Assembly (NCBI GenBank): GCA_041649155.1
Contig: JBAZNP010000001.1
Span: forward strand, 739,183-798,787
Direction: 5' to 3'
Length of the DNA: 59,605 nt
Source: Patescibacteria group bacterium
Lineage (GTDB): Bacteria; Patescibacteriota; UBA1384; XYA2-FULL-43-10; 1-14-0-10-43-13
Below, one piece after another: positions 18,218 to 28,234 of this stretch (position 1 is the first letter of the stretch; each line of letters opens with the position of its first letter). Below the pieces are notes generated by a model. That model was not told the origin of the DNA. It saw only the letters and a list, made by a program, of their open reading frames with translations, and ran no database searches. Position numbers and translations under genes: made by a program.

Positions 18218-19513
18218 TTATTTTATGAGACTAACGCATTCAATATGATGGGTCTGTGGAAACATGTCTATTGGCTGGACTCTAATTAGTTTTTTTCCGA
18301 AAGATTCGAATAATTTAATATCTCTAGCAAATGTTGCCGGATTGCAGGAAACATAAATCAAAATATCAAAATTCAAATGGCAAATGTTGGATATTAGCTC
18401 TTCTGTCAGGCCAGCTCTGGGTGGATCGACAATAATTTTGTCAAATTTTTGTTTACTGTTTTGTCTCAGCCATTTTGTTGCATCAGCACAAATAAATTCG
18501 CAGTTCAAAACCCTGTTTATTTTTGCATTATCTTTAGCGTCACGAATTGCTTCTTTAACTATCTCTATTCCGGTTACTTTTTTCGCAAAAGTTGATAAAT
18601 AAATTCCAATGCTGCCTGTTCCACAATATAAATCCAAAACAGTGTCTCCAATCTTTACTTCAGCAAATTCCTTAATCTTTTCATATAGAGTATGAATTCC
18701 AAGAGAATTAGTTTGAAAAAATGATTCTGGCGAAATTTCAAAATTAAACTTTCCAATTTTTTCATGGATTATAGGCGAACCATAAATTAATCTTCTTTTT
18801 AAATTTAGCAATGATTTTCCGGGAGCAATTGTATGGTAAATAGATTTTATCTCAGGGATTTTTTTTAATGTATTAATGATTCCTTTTTCTCCAGGTAACT
18901 CATCTCCGGAAGTTATAATTTCGATCATAAATTCTTTAGTAACTTTACCTTCACGAATTTTTAATTGCCAGAATAGAGACCGATCTTCAACGTTTTCATT
19001 AATGAAAGTTTTTAATTGTATTAAAATTTCATTTGCTGTTTCTGACTGCAAATAACACTTGTCTATCTCCACTAAACCTTTATTGTAAATATAGTTGTGT
19101 CGGGCAAAGTTAATTCCTTTTGGATTATTTACGAAAAAAAAGCGAATTGAATTACGATAATAGAAGTCACTATTCGACCCAGGGATTACGGGAAGCGGCA
19201 TTTTATTTATTTTTGCTCTACCAAATATTTCTCGAAAAATTTTATCTTTATAGATAACTTGATTATTATATGAAATATTCATATGCTCACAGCCACCGCA
19301 TTTTTCAAAATATGGACATTTCGGGGTTATCCTCTCTAATGAAGGATTGATAATTTTTTTTATAATTCCTTCAGCATAATTTTTCTTGTCTTTGATAATT
19401 TCGATATCAACAATATCACCAGGTACGGATTTGCGAATAAAAACAGACTTACCGTTTTTATCGTGTCCAAGACCAAATCCCTCAAAAATCAATTTCTCTA
19501 TTTCAATTTTCAT
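18218..19513 (-). CDS. rlmD: 23S rRNA m5U1939 methyltransferase (RlmD/TrmA family)
   Basis: TRAM N-terminus, CPYFEKCGGC Fe-S motif, SFFQTN, LYCGTG, DPPRAG, YVSCNP, DMFPQTHH. Confidence 0.93.
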   Translation of the reverse strand: MKIEIEKLIFEGFGLGHDKNGKSVFIRKSVPGDIVDIEIIKDKKNYAEGIIKKIINPSLERITPKCPYFEKCGGCEHMNISYNNQVIYKDKIFREIFGRAKINKMPLPVIPGSNSDFYYRNSIRFFFVNNPKGINFARHNYIYNKGLVEIDKCYLQSETANEILIQLKTFINENVEDRSLFWQLKIREGKVTKEFMIEIITSGDELPGEKGIINTLKKIPEIKSIYHTIAPGKSLLNLKRRLIYGSPIIHEKIGKFNFEISPESFFQTNSLGIHTLYEKIKEFAEVKIGDTVLDLYCGTGSIGIYLSTFAKKVTGIEIVKEAIRDAKDNAKINRVLNCEFICADATKWLRQNSKQKFDKIIVDPPRAGLTEELISNICHLNFDILIYVSCNPATFARDIKLFESFGKKLIRVQPIDMFPQTHHIECVSLIK

Positions 19514-19716
19514 TATGTGAGGATTATATCAGATCTTCAGTCATTTTTACAGGATGATAATGTGCGGTATCTAATATTGTCGCTTGTATTGATACCACAA
19601 AATAAAACTGACCGGTTTGCACTATTTACAAAAAAATGAATATAAATATTTATTTTTTTGTTTGTATTAAGGTAAATAAATACAATTTTTCTATGTATGC
19701 TTGAGCTAGTAATTTC

Positions 19717-19820
19717 GAATTATGAAATTATGCTCACCCTCATCAAATTTCTAGGCGCTCTCAAAGCCCCATCCGCTTGGGACCGTCGAAATTTGACAAG
19801 GGCTCACAATTTCGTAATTT
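19717..19820 (+). repeat. Structured dispersed repeat, family B copy 1
   Basis: CTCATCAAATTTCTAG...ACCGTCGAAATTTGACAAG core shared with 22164, 41917, 53203. Confidence 0.8.
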
Positions 19821-19845
19821 AAGGTAATAGTTTATTGGGAGATAC

Positions 19846-21618
19846 ATGAAAAAGTTTTTATTGAGTTTGTTTGTGCTGTTTCTTTCATTTGGTAATAACA
19901 TTGGTCTAGCGTTTGCTGAAAATCAAAGTCAATCGGTCAGCTTGAGTTTTAGCCATCTACTTACCAATAAGACGTCCCCTGAATTGCGGGGCGATATTTC
20001 TTCAACTGCTAACCTAATTGTTATTGTAAAAGTTGAGGGATGTGGTGAGATAGCAACTGACATGTTCGAAAACAATCAGTGGGTGTTATCAGAAGACTCT
20101 ATTCAACCGTCTCTGCAAAATGGGACATATGATATTTATTTAGAAGCTAAAGATTACGACGGAAATGTTTTGGGGCAGTTTTTTCTTGGTGACGGGATTG
20201 AAGTCAACGATCAGTATGTTTCTACTCCGAAAGTTGAATTATTAAGTCCGGCTGATCAAGGAAATGAAAAAAACTTTGAAGTATTAGCAAAAGCAGAGCC
20301 GGAACAGGCAATCGAGGTTAAAATCAGCGACGGTTTAAATGCGTCAATTGAATATTCAGAATTAACAGATCTGGATGGAACAATGAGACATAGTTTTGAT
20401 ATTTCTGGTTTATGGGACGGAGAAATCAAAATCTCAACTATCGCAACAAATATTTACAATGGTGCGCAAAGTAGCGAAGTGATTAAAATTATTGATAAAA
20501 ACTCAGCCACTTTATCATTACCTACCGTTTTATCTAGTGATGTGATCACGTCTCAAAATATGGGTAACTTTTCAATTACTGGTAGAGGGGCTTCTAACTC
20601 GACGCTCTATTATTATTTCTTTGATCAGCATGGAAATATCTCGACCGGAAGTGGTAACATCGGAGGTACACCTTACTACAAGCTTTATACCGATCTTTCA
20701 GATTTTTCTGATGGTGATGTGAATGTTTTGGTCGGGTTAAAAAATTCCAGTGGCGCCACAAGTAAATTAGTGGAGCACATAGTGCCCAAGGACACTACTG
20801 GTCCTAAGATTTATAATTTTGAGGCTGATCCGTATATTAACAAGGATAATGCTTCTAACTTTCATATAAAAGCAATAACGGAGCCGAATTCGGAAACAAT
20901 GATTGTTGGTAGCGAGGGCTTAACTCCTGTCTATATTAGAAAACAGGCCGATAGTAATGGATTGTTGGATTTTAATATGGATTTTAGTGAGTTGCTTGAC
21001 GGAGAAATAAGTATATATTTAAATACATATGATCAGTATGAGAATTCTGAACAAAAAAACGTTAAGGTTTCAAAGGACACTCTATCTCCGGAGCCACCAC
21101 AGATTTCTGGTAATCTAACCAATATTAACTCTAGCTCTAACTGCATACGAAGTATGACAGGAAGTGCCGAAGCAAATTCCAAAGTAGAATATAAGATTTT
21201 TAATGGAGATATTGAAAAAATCTCAGGTCAGATTGATACAGATGAGCAAGGAAAATTTGTTTTAGACGGAATTGATTTTACAAATTTTTCCAATGGCTCA
21301 GTAAAAATTTCACTGACTAATATTGATTCGCTTAGTAACGAAAGTGAGCCAACTGTTGTTGCCTTTGAAAAAAACATTATTGCCATTGCCGCTGATACGG
21401 ATACATCAGAAATAGATGAATCTTCCGGTGATACTAATGTTTCCGATGAATCCGACATAGCTCAATTAATTTCAACTAATACAAATATTGCTGCTGCATC
21501 AACATCAGAAACCCTGCCATTGGCTGGTCCGGATTGGTTTAAATTAGAGTTCTTGATATTAATAGTGTCTTATAGTTTTTGGAAAATATTTTTATTCTTT
21601 AATCTTAAGAAGATATAG
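19846..21618 (+). CDS. Secreted multi-Ig-like-domain surface protein with LPLAG sorting-like signal
   Basis: Signal peptide ending AFA, repeated beta-rich modules (G.AE.NS.V, G.I.I), acidic linker, LPLAG + hydrophobic + KK tail. Confidence 0.75.
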   Translation: MKKFLLSLFVLFLSFGNNIGLAFAENQSQSVSLSFSHLLTNKTSPELRGDISSTANLIVIVKVEGCGEIATDMFENNQWVLSEDSIQPSLQNGTYDIYLEAKDYDGNVLGQFFLGDGIEVNDQYVSTPKVELLSPADQGNEKNFEVLAKAEPEQAIEVKISDGLNASIEYSELTDLDGTMRHSFDISGLWDGEIKISTIATNIYNGAQSSEVIKIIDKNSATLSLPTVLSSDVITSQNMGNFSITGRGASNSTLYYYFFDQHGNISTGSGNIGGTPYYKLYTDLSDFSDGDVNVLVGLKNSSGATSKLVEHIVPKDTTGPKIYNFEADPYINKDNASNFHIKAITEPNSETMIVGSEGLTPVYIRKQADSNGLLDFNMDFSELLDGEISIYLNTYDQYENSEQKNVKVSKDTLSPEPPQISGNLTNINSSSNCIRSMTGSAEANSKVEYKIFNGDIEKISGQIDTDEQGKFVLDGIDFTNFSNGSVKISLTNIDSLSNESEPTVVAFEKNIIAIAADTDTSEIDESSGDTNVSDESDIAQLISTNTNIAAASTSETLPLAGPDWFKLEFLILIVSYSFWKIFLFFNLKKI

Positions 21619-21622
21619 AAAT

Positions 21623-22150
21623 TTAATTATTGCTTTCAGTTGCTTTATATAAAATTATACCGGCTGCGGTGGCAACATTCAATGAGTTAGCAATTCCATG
21701 CATTGGTATTTCAATTGAGCAATCACACAGATCTAAAACTTCTTGATCTATGCCTTCTGTTTCATGCCCGATAATAATCGCCAGGGGTTTGTCGTATGAA
21801 AAAGTATGATAATTAACGCTCTCCTCTGTTTGTTCGAGAGCGACTATTTTAACGTCTTTTTCTTTAAGCTTTAAAACGAGTTCTTTTGTCGAGCTAAAGT
21901 GCTCCCAATCAACAAAATCAACCGTTTTTAAGGCGGTTTTCTCTATTTCTTTTCTGGGAGGTGCGGCGGTTATTCCACAGAGATATAACTTTTTTATACC
22001 TGCAGCATCGGCGGTACGAAAAATTGCACCCACATTATACATGGATCTAATGTTATCGAGTATCAAATAAATATCCTGTTTGGGCTTTTGTTTTAGTTTA
22101 TTCAAATCGCCCTTACTCTCAACTATCTCTTCTGTAGTTAATTTACGCAT
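21623..22150 (-). CDS. SpoU/TrmH family RNA methyltransferase
   Basis: LDNIRSMYNVGAIFRTAD, IIGHETEG, SLNVATAAGI. Confidence 0.92.
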   Translation of the reverse strand: MRKLTTEEIVESKGDLNKLKQKPKQDIYLILDNIRSMYNVGAIFRTADAAGIKKLYLCGITAAPPRKEIEKTALKTVDFVDWEHFSSTKELVLKLKEKDVKIVALEQTEESVNYHTFSYDKPLAIIIGHETEGIDQEVLDLCDCSIEIPMHGIANSLNVATAAGIILYKATESNN

Positions 22151-22163
22151 GAATTATTGTTTT

Positions 22164-22229
22164 GAATTACGAAATTACGCTCATCCTCATCAGATTTTTG
22201 AGCACTCTTAATCCGCCATCTGGCAGACC
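22164..22229 (+). repeat. Structured dispersed repeat, family B copy 2 (truncated)
   Basis: GAATTACGAAATTACGCTCATCCTCATCAGATTTTTGAGCACTCT aligns to 5' half of other copies. Confidence 0.65.
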
Positions 22230-22238
22230 TTACACTCT

Positions 22239-23561
22239 CTACTCTCTACCTTCTACTTTCTTATCGCACTGACAAGTTTTTAATCTGTTTTTGATAGCTT
22301 CAACAATAGCAGCTTTAGGAAAACTTTCCTGCGAGGATGCTTCCAGATCGCGAAGAATCAAATCATCTTTCAGCGCCTCTTTTTGACCGATGATGATGGC
22401 ATATTTTGCCCCAAGTTTAGAAGCCATACGAATTTGTTGGCGAAGGCCGTCATTGGATGGTACAAAATAGACGTTAATATCATTACCTGACAAGCTGTCA
22501 TAAATCTTTTTCGAAACAGATTTTGCCTTATCTCCTAATTGCAAGATGCAAACTTCAACGCCTCGTTTGGCAGGCACTTTAATTTTTTGCTCTTTCATTA
22601 AATTAACAATTCTTTCGATCCCCAGCGAAAAACCAACTGCTGGTGTTTTGGGGCCGCCTAAAAGTTCAACTAAGCCATTGTATCGTCCGCCACCGCCGAC
22701 AACGTTTTGTCTTGATTTATCATTTTTATCAGCTATTTCAAACACAGTATTTGTATAATAATCTAGACCACGAACCAAAGTGTGATCAAGGTCATATTTG
22801 ATGTCGAAGTAATCTAAATATTCCAAGGTATCTTGAAAATGTTTTTTGCATTCCGGACAGAGTGAATCAAGGATAACCGGTGCGCCCTTAGCCGCTTTAA
22901 CGCATTTTTCCTCTTTGCAGTCCAAGAGACGAAGAGGATTTTTGTCATATCTTTCCTGACAGTCTTCACATAAGTCTTTTAGATTGCTTTTGTAATATTT
23001 TTTCAATTTTGCGATGTATTTTGGACGGCAAATCGGGCAACCGATTGAATTAGTGTAAACTTTAAGGTTTTTTAAACCAAGGCGAGTTAGGATTTCCCAA
23101 GCTGACATAATGGCAAGATAGTCAGACTTTGCTGTTTCGTCGCCGAATATTTCAACACCCAGCTGATAGAATTCTCGAAAACGACCTTTTTGTGGTCTTT
23201 CGTGTCGGAACATTGATCCAAAGTAGTAGAGTCTAACAGGTTGTGGCCAGCTGGACATTCCGTTTTGAACAAAAGATCGCACAATTCCCGCTGTTCCTTC
23301 TGGTCGTAAAGCATATGAGGCCGTTTCTTCTTTTTCGGATGTTTTTTCTAGCAGAAACATTTCTTTCTTTACAATGTCGGTGTCTTGTCCAATTCCACGA
23401 GAAAAAACTTCAACATTTTCAAAATGCGGAGTGTCAATTCTGTCAAAGCTCAATCCCTCTAGAGTTTTTTGAGAGATTTCTCTAACGTGTTGCCAGTAGT
23501 GTTGTTCTGGTGGAAGAATATCTTTAGTCCCTCTGGCTGATTGATAATTTGCTTTGGCCAT
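22239..23561 (-). CDS. hisS: Histidyl-tRNA synthetase (start likely 23561)
   Basis: RGTKDILP, ALRPEGTAG, FRHERPQKGRFREF, LVRGLDYYT, GGGRYNGL. Confidence 0.98.
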   Translation of the reverse strand: MAKANYQSARGTKDILPPEQHYWQHVREISQKTLEGLSFDRIDTPHFENVEVFSRGIGQDTDIVKKEMFLLEKTSEKEETASYALRPEGTAGIVRSFVQNGMSSWPQPVRLYYFGSMFRHERPQKGRFREFYQLGVEIFGDETAKSDYLAIMSAWEILTRLGLKNLKVYTNSIGCPICRPKYIAKLKKYYKSNLKDLCEDCQERYDKNPLRLLDCKEEKCVKAAKGAPVILDSLCPECKKHFQDTLEYLDYFDIKYDLDHTLVRGLDYYTNTVFEIADKNDKSRQNVVGGGGRYNGLVELLGGPKTPAVGFSLGIERIVNLMKEQKIKVPAKRGVEVCILQLGDKAKSVSKKIYDSLSGNDINVYFVPSNDGLRQQIRMASKLGAKYAIIIGQKEALKDDLILRDLEASSQESFPKAAIVEAIKNRLKTCQCDKKVEGRE

Positions 23562-23588
23562 TTTTGTCTCCAATAGAGAATTAATTGC

Positions 23589-23721
23589 TTTTATTACAAG
23601 ATATAAATAGTAAATACCTCAATGCGTAAAAAAGGTGAAATACCGCCCCGATTCATCGGGGCAACATGCCCGATTTTAGGGCAGTGTCCAGGGCTTGCCC
23701 TGGGGTATGATACCCTTTATA
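23589..23721 (-). repeat. 133-bp structured element, family A copy 1
   Basis: Reverse complement matches 27711-27843 at both ends. Confidence 0.85.
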
Positions 23722-23813
23722 GCGGTTGCCCAAATCGTAACAAGATTGAAGCCAAAAATCAACAAGCATGCAGTGAGTTCTTATATTTTGGAGAATTTAT
23801 TTTATTTTAATAA

Positions 23814-26327
23814 TTAAGCTTTGGTTTTTGAGAGTTTCAAGGAGCCTTTTTCAATGGAGATTTTTAGAGTATCGCCTGATGAGAATTCTTCAGTTAATAT
23901 CCCCTCCGAAATTGGAGTTTCTATATAGTCGGAGATCACTTTCCTAATCGGTCTTGCTCCAAATTCCGGACTAAATCCTTTTTCAGCGATCCAATCCTTA
24001 ACCTCTTTTCTAACTGAGAGAGAAAATTTTAAAATTGAAAGTCTTTTCTTGAGATCGATTAGTTGAATTTCAACAATTTTTCTAATGCTTTCTTTTGAAA
24101 GTGGTTCAAAAACAATAATCTTGTCAATTCGGTTCAAAAACTCAGGTTTGAAGTGTTTCTTAATCGACTCCATAACATGATCTTTTAGTTTTTGATATTC
24201 GTATTCAGCATTTTTATTGTTAAAACCAATGGCAGCTTGTTTGTTTAAAATATCCGTACCAAGATTTGAAGTCATTATTATGATTGTATTTTTGAAATCA
24301 ACTTTCCTGCCTTTAGCATCCGTTAACTCCCCGTCTTCTAGTATCTGCAGTAAAATATTAAAAACTTCGGGATGAGCTTTTTCAATTTCGTCAAGTAAAA
24401 TTATTGAGAAAGGATTTTTTCTGACAGTTTCTGTTAATTTGCCACCCTCTTCAAAACCAATATAACCGGCGGGTGCGCCCACTAGTCGGGAGACGTTATG
24501 TTTTTCCATAAACTCTGACATGTCGATCTTAATGATTGAATTTTCATTTCCAAGCATCTCCTTCGCCAATGTTTTTGCAAGTTCGGATTTGCCTACTCCG
24601 GTAGGCCCCAGAAAGATGAATGAGCCGGTTGGTCTGTTAGGGTTGGAAATTCCAACCCTGGCTCGCTTGATTGCCTGAGCGATTGATTTGACGGCTTCGT
24701 CTTGGCCGATAATCCGTTTCATAATTCTCTTGTCTAAATCAAGATAACGTTTTTTCTCTTCTAACGTTAGACTGGAAACAGATATGCCTGTCCATTTGGA
24801 AATTAAGCTCGCAATATCTTCTATTCCGATTTCCTTTTTGGTTACCTTTTCACTCTTGGACTGGATCCTTTTCATTTCCTGTTCGATTATGACCTCTTTT
24901 TTTCGAAGCATGGTTGCTTCTTTATATTTTTCTATCATAATCAGGTCATCCTTTTGCTTTAAAATACTCCTTAACTCTTTTTTGAGTTTGTTAAGTAAAA
25001 CGGCATTTTCGGAGATCTTGGACGCGGCAGCTCCAGCTTCATCGATTAAATCAATTGCTTTATCTGGAAGGAAGCGGTCGTTTATATATCTTTTTGATAG
25101 CTTTACGGCAGCCTCAATCGCCTCACGGGTGTATTTTATTCCGTGATGACTTTCATATTTGCTTTTTATCCCTGCTAAAATTTTTATTGATTCAGGGATG
25201 CTGGGTTCGGAAACTTTTACTGGCTGAAACCGTCTTTCAAAGGCAGGATCTTTTTCAATATGTTTCTTATATTCATCAAAAGTGGTCGAGCCGATTGTCC
25301 GGAGTTCGCCTTTGGCCAACATTGGTTTAAGGAGATTTGCAGCATCAATCGATCCTTCGGTTGAGCCTGCACCAACAACAGTATGAATTTCGTCAATAAA
25401 CAAAATTACGTTGCCTTTTTTCTTGATTTCGTCAAGAATTTTTTTGACTCTGCTTTCAAATTGTCCGCGATACATTGTTCCGGCAATCAGTGCTCCCATA
25501 TCCAAGGACAATATTTCTTTATTCAGAAGGTTTGCTGTTACTCTACCGTCGATGATTTTTTTTGCCAATCCTTCAACAATTGATGTCTTCCCCACTCCGG
25601 GGTCTCCGACTAGAATCGGGTTGTTTTTAGTCCTTCTTGATAATATTTGAATAATTCGTTCGGTTTCAGCTTCTCTGCCAATTACGGGGTCAAGTTTATT
25701 TTCTGCTGCCAGTTTATTAATATTGGTTGTATAAAGTTCAAGCTGAGAAATTGTTTTTGCTTTAGACATGGTCTGACCGCCGCTCTGCATTGGCCCCATT
25801 GGTCCGAAAAAATCATTATCTCCCATTCCTATTTCATTCATGATATTTTCATTTTCCGGTGGAATATTTACTTGAGCAAAAGTTTCGTTTATGTTGCCAA
25901 AAATTGATTCGATTTGTTTGACGATGTTATCGGGACTAACGCCTATCCTTTTAATAATAATATATGAATTAAAAGATTCATCTGACAATAAAGCAATTAG
26001 AAGATGTTCGCAATCAACAACTGAATGATTGTGTTTAGAAGCGATCTTAACAGCTGCCTGAATTGATTTCTTGGACTCACCTGACAATCCAATCGGTTTT
26101 TTTGATATATTCTGTTTGCTAATTAAAGAACCAACCAATTGAATTTGGTCGGGTCCGATTTTAAAGCTTGAAAGTACTTCAAAAGCTAGATTGTTTTTAA
26201 TCATAGACAGAGCTAAAAGCTGGTGTTCTGTATTCATGGGAGTGTTTTGCTCTTTCGATATCCGCTCTGACATGATTAAAACTTTTTTCAGATTTTCACT
26301 AAATTTTTTAAAAATATCTTGGTTCAT
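23814..26327 (-). CDS. clpC: ClpC-type AAA+ protease ATPase subunit
   Basis: Clp-N repeats, GDPGVGKT, FIDEIH, UVR-like coil, GPTGVGKS, LLDEIEKAH, IGF loop. Confidence 0.95.
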   Translation of the reverse strand: MNQDIFKKFSENLKKVLIMSERISKEQNTPMNTEHQLLALSMIKNNLAFEVLSSFKIGPDQIQLVGSLISKQNISKKPIGLSGESKKSIQAAVKIASKHNHSVVDCEHLLIALLSDESFNSYIIIKRIGVSPDNIVKQIESIFGNINETFAQVNIPPENENIMNEIGMGDNDFFGPMGPMQSGGQTMSKAKTISQLELYTTNINKLAAENKLDPVIGREAETERIIQILSRRTKNNPILVGDPGVGKTSIVEGLAKKIIDGRVTANLLNKEILSLDMGALIAGTMYRGQFESRVKKILDEIKKKGNVILFIDEIHTVVGAGSTEGSIDAANLLKPMLAKGELRTIGSTTFDEYKKHIEKDPAFERRFQPVKVSEPSIPESIKILAGIKSKYESHHGIKYTREAIEAAVKLSKRYINDRFLPDKAIDLIDEAGAAASKISENAVLLNKLKKELRSILKQKDDLIMIEKYKEATMLRKKEVIIEQEMKRIQSKSEKVTKKEIGIEDIASLISKWTGISVSSLTLEEKKRYLDLDKRIMKRIIGQDEAVKSIAQAIKRARVGISNPNRPTGSFIFLGPTGVGKSELAKTLAKEMLGNENSIIKIDMSEFMEKHNVSRLVGAPAGYIGFEEGGKLTETVRKNPFSIILLDEIEKAHPEVFNILLQILEDGELTDAKGRKVDFKNTIIIMTSNLGTDILNKQAAIGFNNKNAEYEYQKLKDHVMESIKKHFKPEFLNRIDKIIVFEPLSKESIRKIVEIQLIDLKKRLSILKFSLSVRKEVKDWIAEKGFSPEFGARPIRKVISDYIETPISEGILTEEFSSGDTLKISIEKGSLKLSKTKA

Positions 26328-26500
26328 AAGTTTATATTATTATTTTTGTTGTTTAAATAAGTTAACGTATAATTATTATACTAAAAAATATAAAAAGCAA
26401 GATACAAAAAGTGAGCACTAATCAAATATCTAAACCAAAAATACTTAAATATTTAATTGAGTTATTAATAGGGCATGCAAGTTTCTGGTTTTAGCTAAGA

Positions 26501-27607
26501 TTATTCTTCGGAATTTTCAGGCTCTTCTGCAGGTTTTTCCTCTTTTTTCTTAGTTTCTTCTTCGTCAAGAACAACATCTATTCCCCAGCCAGTTAGTTTT
26601 GAGGCCAGACGAACATTCTGTCCGCCCTTCCCAATTGCTAAGGATAAGCTTTCTTGGTCTACAAAAACAGTAGCCTTATTGTCTTTTGACGATATGGAGA
26701 TTTTTTTTGTTTTCGCAGGAGAGAGTGCATTCATGATGAATTGTTCAACATCTTCGTCCCAAAGAACAATATCTATTTTTTCTTCACCGATTTCAGCCAA
26801 AACTGCCTGAACTCTAGTTCCGCGTTGTCCAACACAAGAACCAACCGGATCAATCTTGTCTTCAGTTGCGATGACGGCTAATTTCGTTCTGGATCCAGCT
26901 TCTCTGGCAATGCTTTTAATGTCTACTGTTCCAGCATTGATTTCCGGTACTTCGAGCTCAAAAAGACCGCGGATTAATTCTTTGTCGGATCTCGAGACAA
27001 TGATTTGAGGACCTCTAGTCGTCTCGGCTACTTCTTTAACGTAGACTTTGATCCTTTGTCCAATATAATATCTTTCTTCCCGAACCTGATCAGCAGGATA
27101 CATAATACCATTAGCTTTTCCAAGAGAAGCTATCACATTTTTACCTTCAAGTTGTTGTACAGTTGCATTAACAACCTGGTTTTCTTTATCTTTAAATTCT
27201 TTATAAAGTAGTTCTCTTTCAGCCTCTCTGATTCTTTGAATGATGACTTGTTTGGCGGTTTGTGCTGCAATTCTTCCAAATTCCTCTTTCTTTTCGAGTG
27301 GAATAGATACTTCATCGCCAACTTTAGCTTTTTTATTTAACTTTAAAGCCTGATCAAGTGTTAGTTCTTGTTCTTTTTCTTTAACTTCCTCTTCCGAGTC
27401 AACGACTACATAGACCCTAAACATATCAGCTTGTCCTGTTATGGGATCTATTTTTGCTTTCAATATTTGTTTAGGTTTTCCGTAATCTTTTCTATAAGCG
27501 GCAGCAAGAGCGGCTTCAACTGTCTCAATTACAACGTCCTTATTTAAGCCTTTATCTTCGCAGATTTCTTCGATTGCACTCATAAATGGGTTTGAATTTT
27601 GTGCCAT
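26501..27607 (-). CDS. nusA: Transcription termination factor NusA
   Basis: FGRIAAQTAKQVI, AREAGSRTK, GKGGQNVRLASKLTGW. Confidence 0.99.
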   Translation of the reverse strand: MAQNSNPFMSAIEEICEDKGLNKDVVIETVEAALAAAYRKDYGKPKQILKAKIDPITGQADMFRVYVVVDSEEEVKEKEQELTLDQALKLNKKAKVGDEVSIPLEKKEEFGRIAAQTAKQVIIQRIREAERELLYKEFKDKENQVVNATVQQLEGKNVIASLGKANGIMYPADQVREERYYIGQRIKVYVKEVAETTRGPQIIVSRSDKELIRGLFELEVPEINAGTVDIKSIAREAGSRTKLAVIATEDKIDPVGSCVGQRGTRVQAVLAEIGEEKIDIVLWDEDVEQFIMNALSPAKTKKISISSKDNKATVFVDQESLSLAIGKGGQNVRLASKLTGWGIDVVLDEEETKKKEEKPAEEPENSEE

Positions 27608-27620
27608 GTTTTCTCCCTTG

Positions 27621-27676
27621 CCCCGTTAAATCCGCGAAGCGGTAATTCTGCTACGGCAGAATGTATTTAACTGGGG
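27621..27676. repeat. Three-way-junction palindromic element before nusA RBS
   Basis: CCCCGTTAAAT/ATTTAACTGGGG closing CCGC-gaa-GCGG and TTCTGC-tacg-GCAGAA. Confidence 0.6.
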
Positions 27677-27710
27677 TTTGTTAATTTATTTTATTTCTTT
27701 AATTATATCA

Positions 27711-27843
27711 TATAAAGGGTATTATACCCCAGGGCAAGCCCTGGACTTTGTCCCGATTTATCGGGACAATTGCGCGGCAAGCCGCGAGGTATTTCACCTT
27801 TTTTACGCACCGAATTATTTACTATTTGTATCTTGTAATAAAA
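27711..27843 (+). repeat. 133-bp structured element, family A copy 2
   Basis: Inverted copy of 23589-23721. Confidence 0.85.
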
Positions 27844-28150
27844 CTAATCTGATTTAAAAAGCGGTAACCGAAACGGCTACCTTACTTAATTTACATAGTA
27901 CAGCAAAAACATGCTGCATGTCAAGAATTTCTTATTGTTTTATGAATTATTATTCAGGGGCGCACAAGTAGTGCATAATCCATTTTCTCACGAATAATTT
28001 TGAATTTGTGAAAACTTACAAAAATACTTTATTTTTTAGGGTGATTTTATAGATTTTTCATGATGTAGTTTACTCCTCTTAGCGATAATCTTTGAGATGT
28101 AATTAATTTAGTTCTTTATCACAAAATAGCAGTAATTTGTGGCTTTACTC

Positions 28151-28179
28151 TTGACAAATATTATAAAAGAGTGTAGAAT
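28151..28179 (+). promoter_or_regulatory. Sigma70-type promoter for CdaR-like gene
   Basis: TTGACA-17 bp-TAGAAT. Confidence 0.65.
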
Positions 28180-28234
28180 TCCGGCACTTTTCGAGGATAT
28201 CGTAATTTGCCATCTATTAAATTGAAAGGTAATC

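Noticed and set aside
18092-18289. 65-aa ORF as a gene
   Set aside because: No RBS, runs through a strong terminator and overlaps the rlmD 3' end.
23622-23810. 62-aa ORF
   Set aside because: Reads through the 133-bp non-coding repeat; translation looks non-protein-like.
23574-23813. T-box leader for hisS
   Set aside because: No AAGGTGGTACC-like T-box sequence or specifier stem; the region is occupied by the family A repeat.
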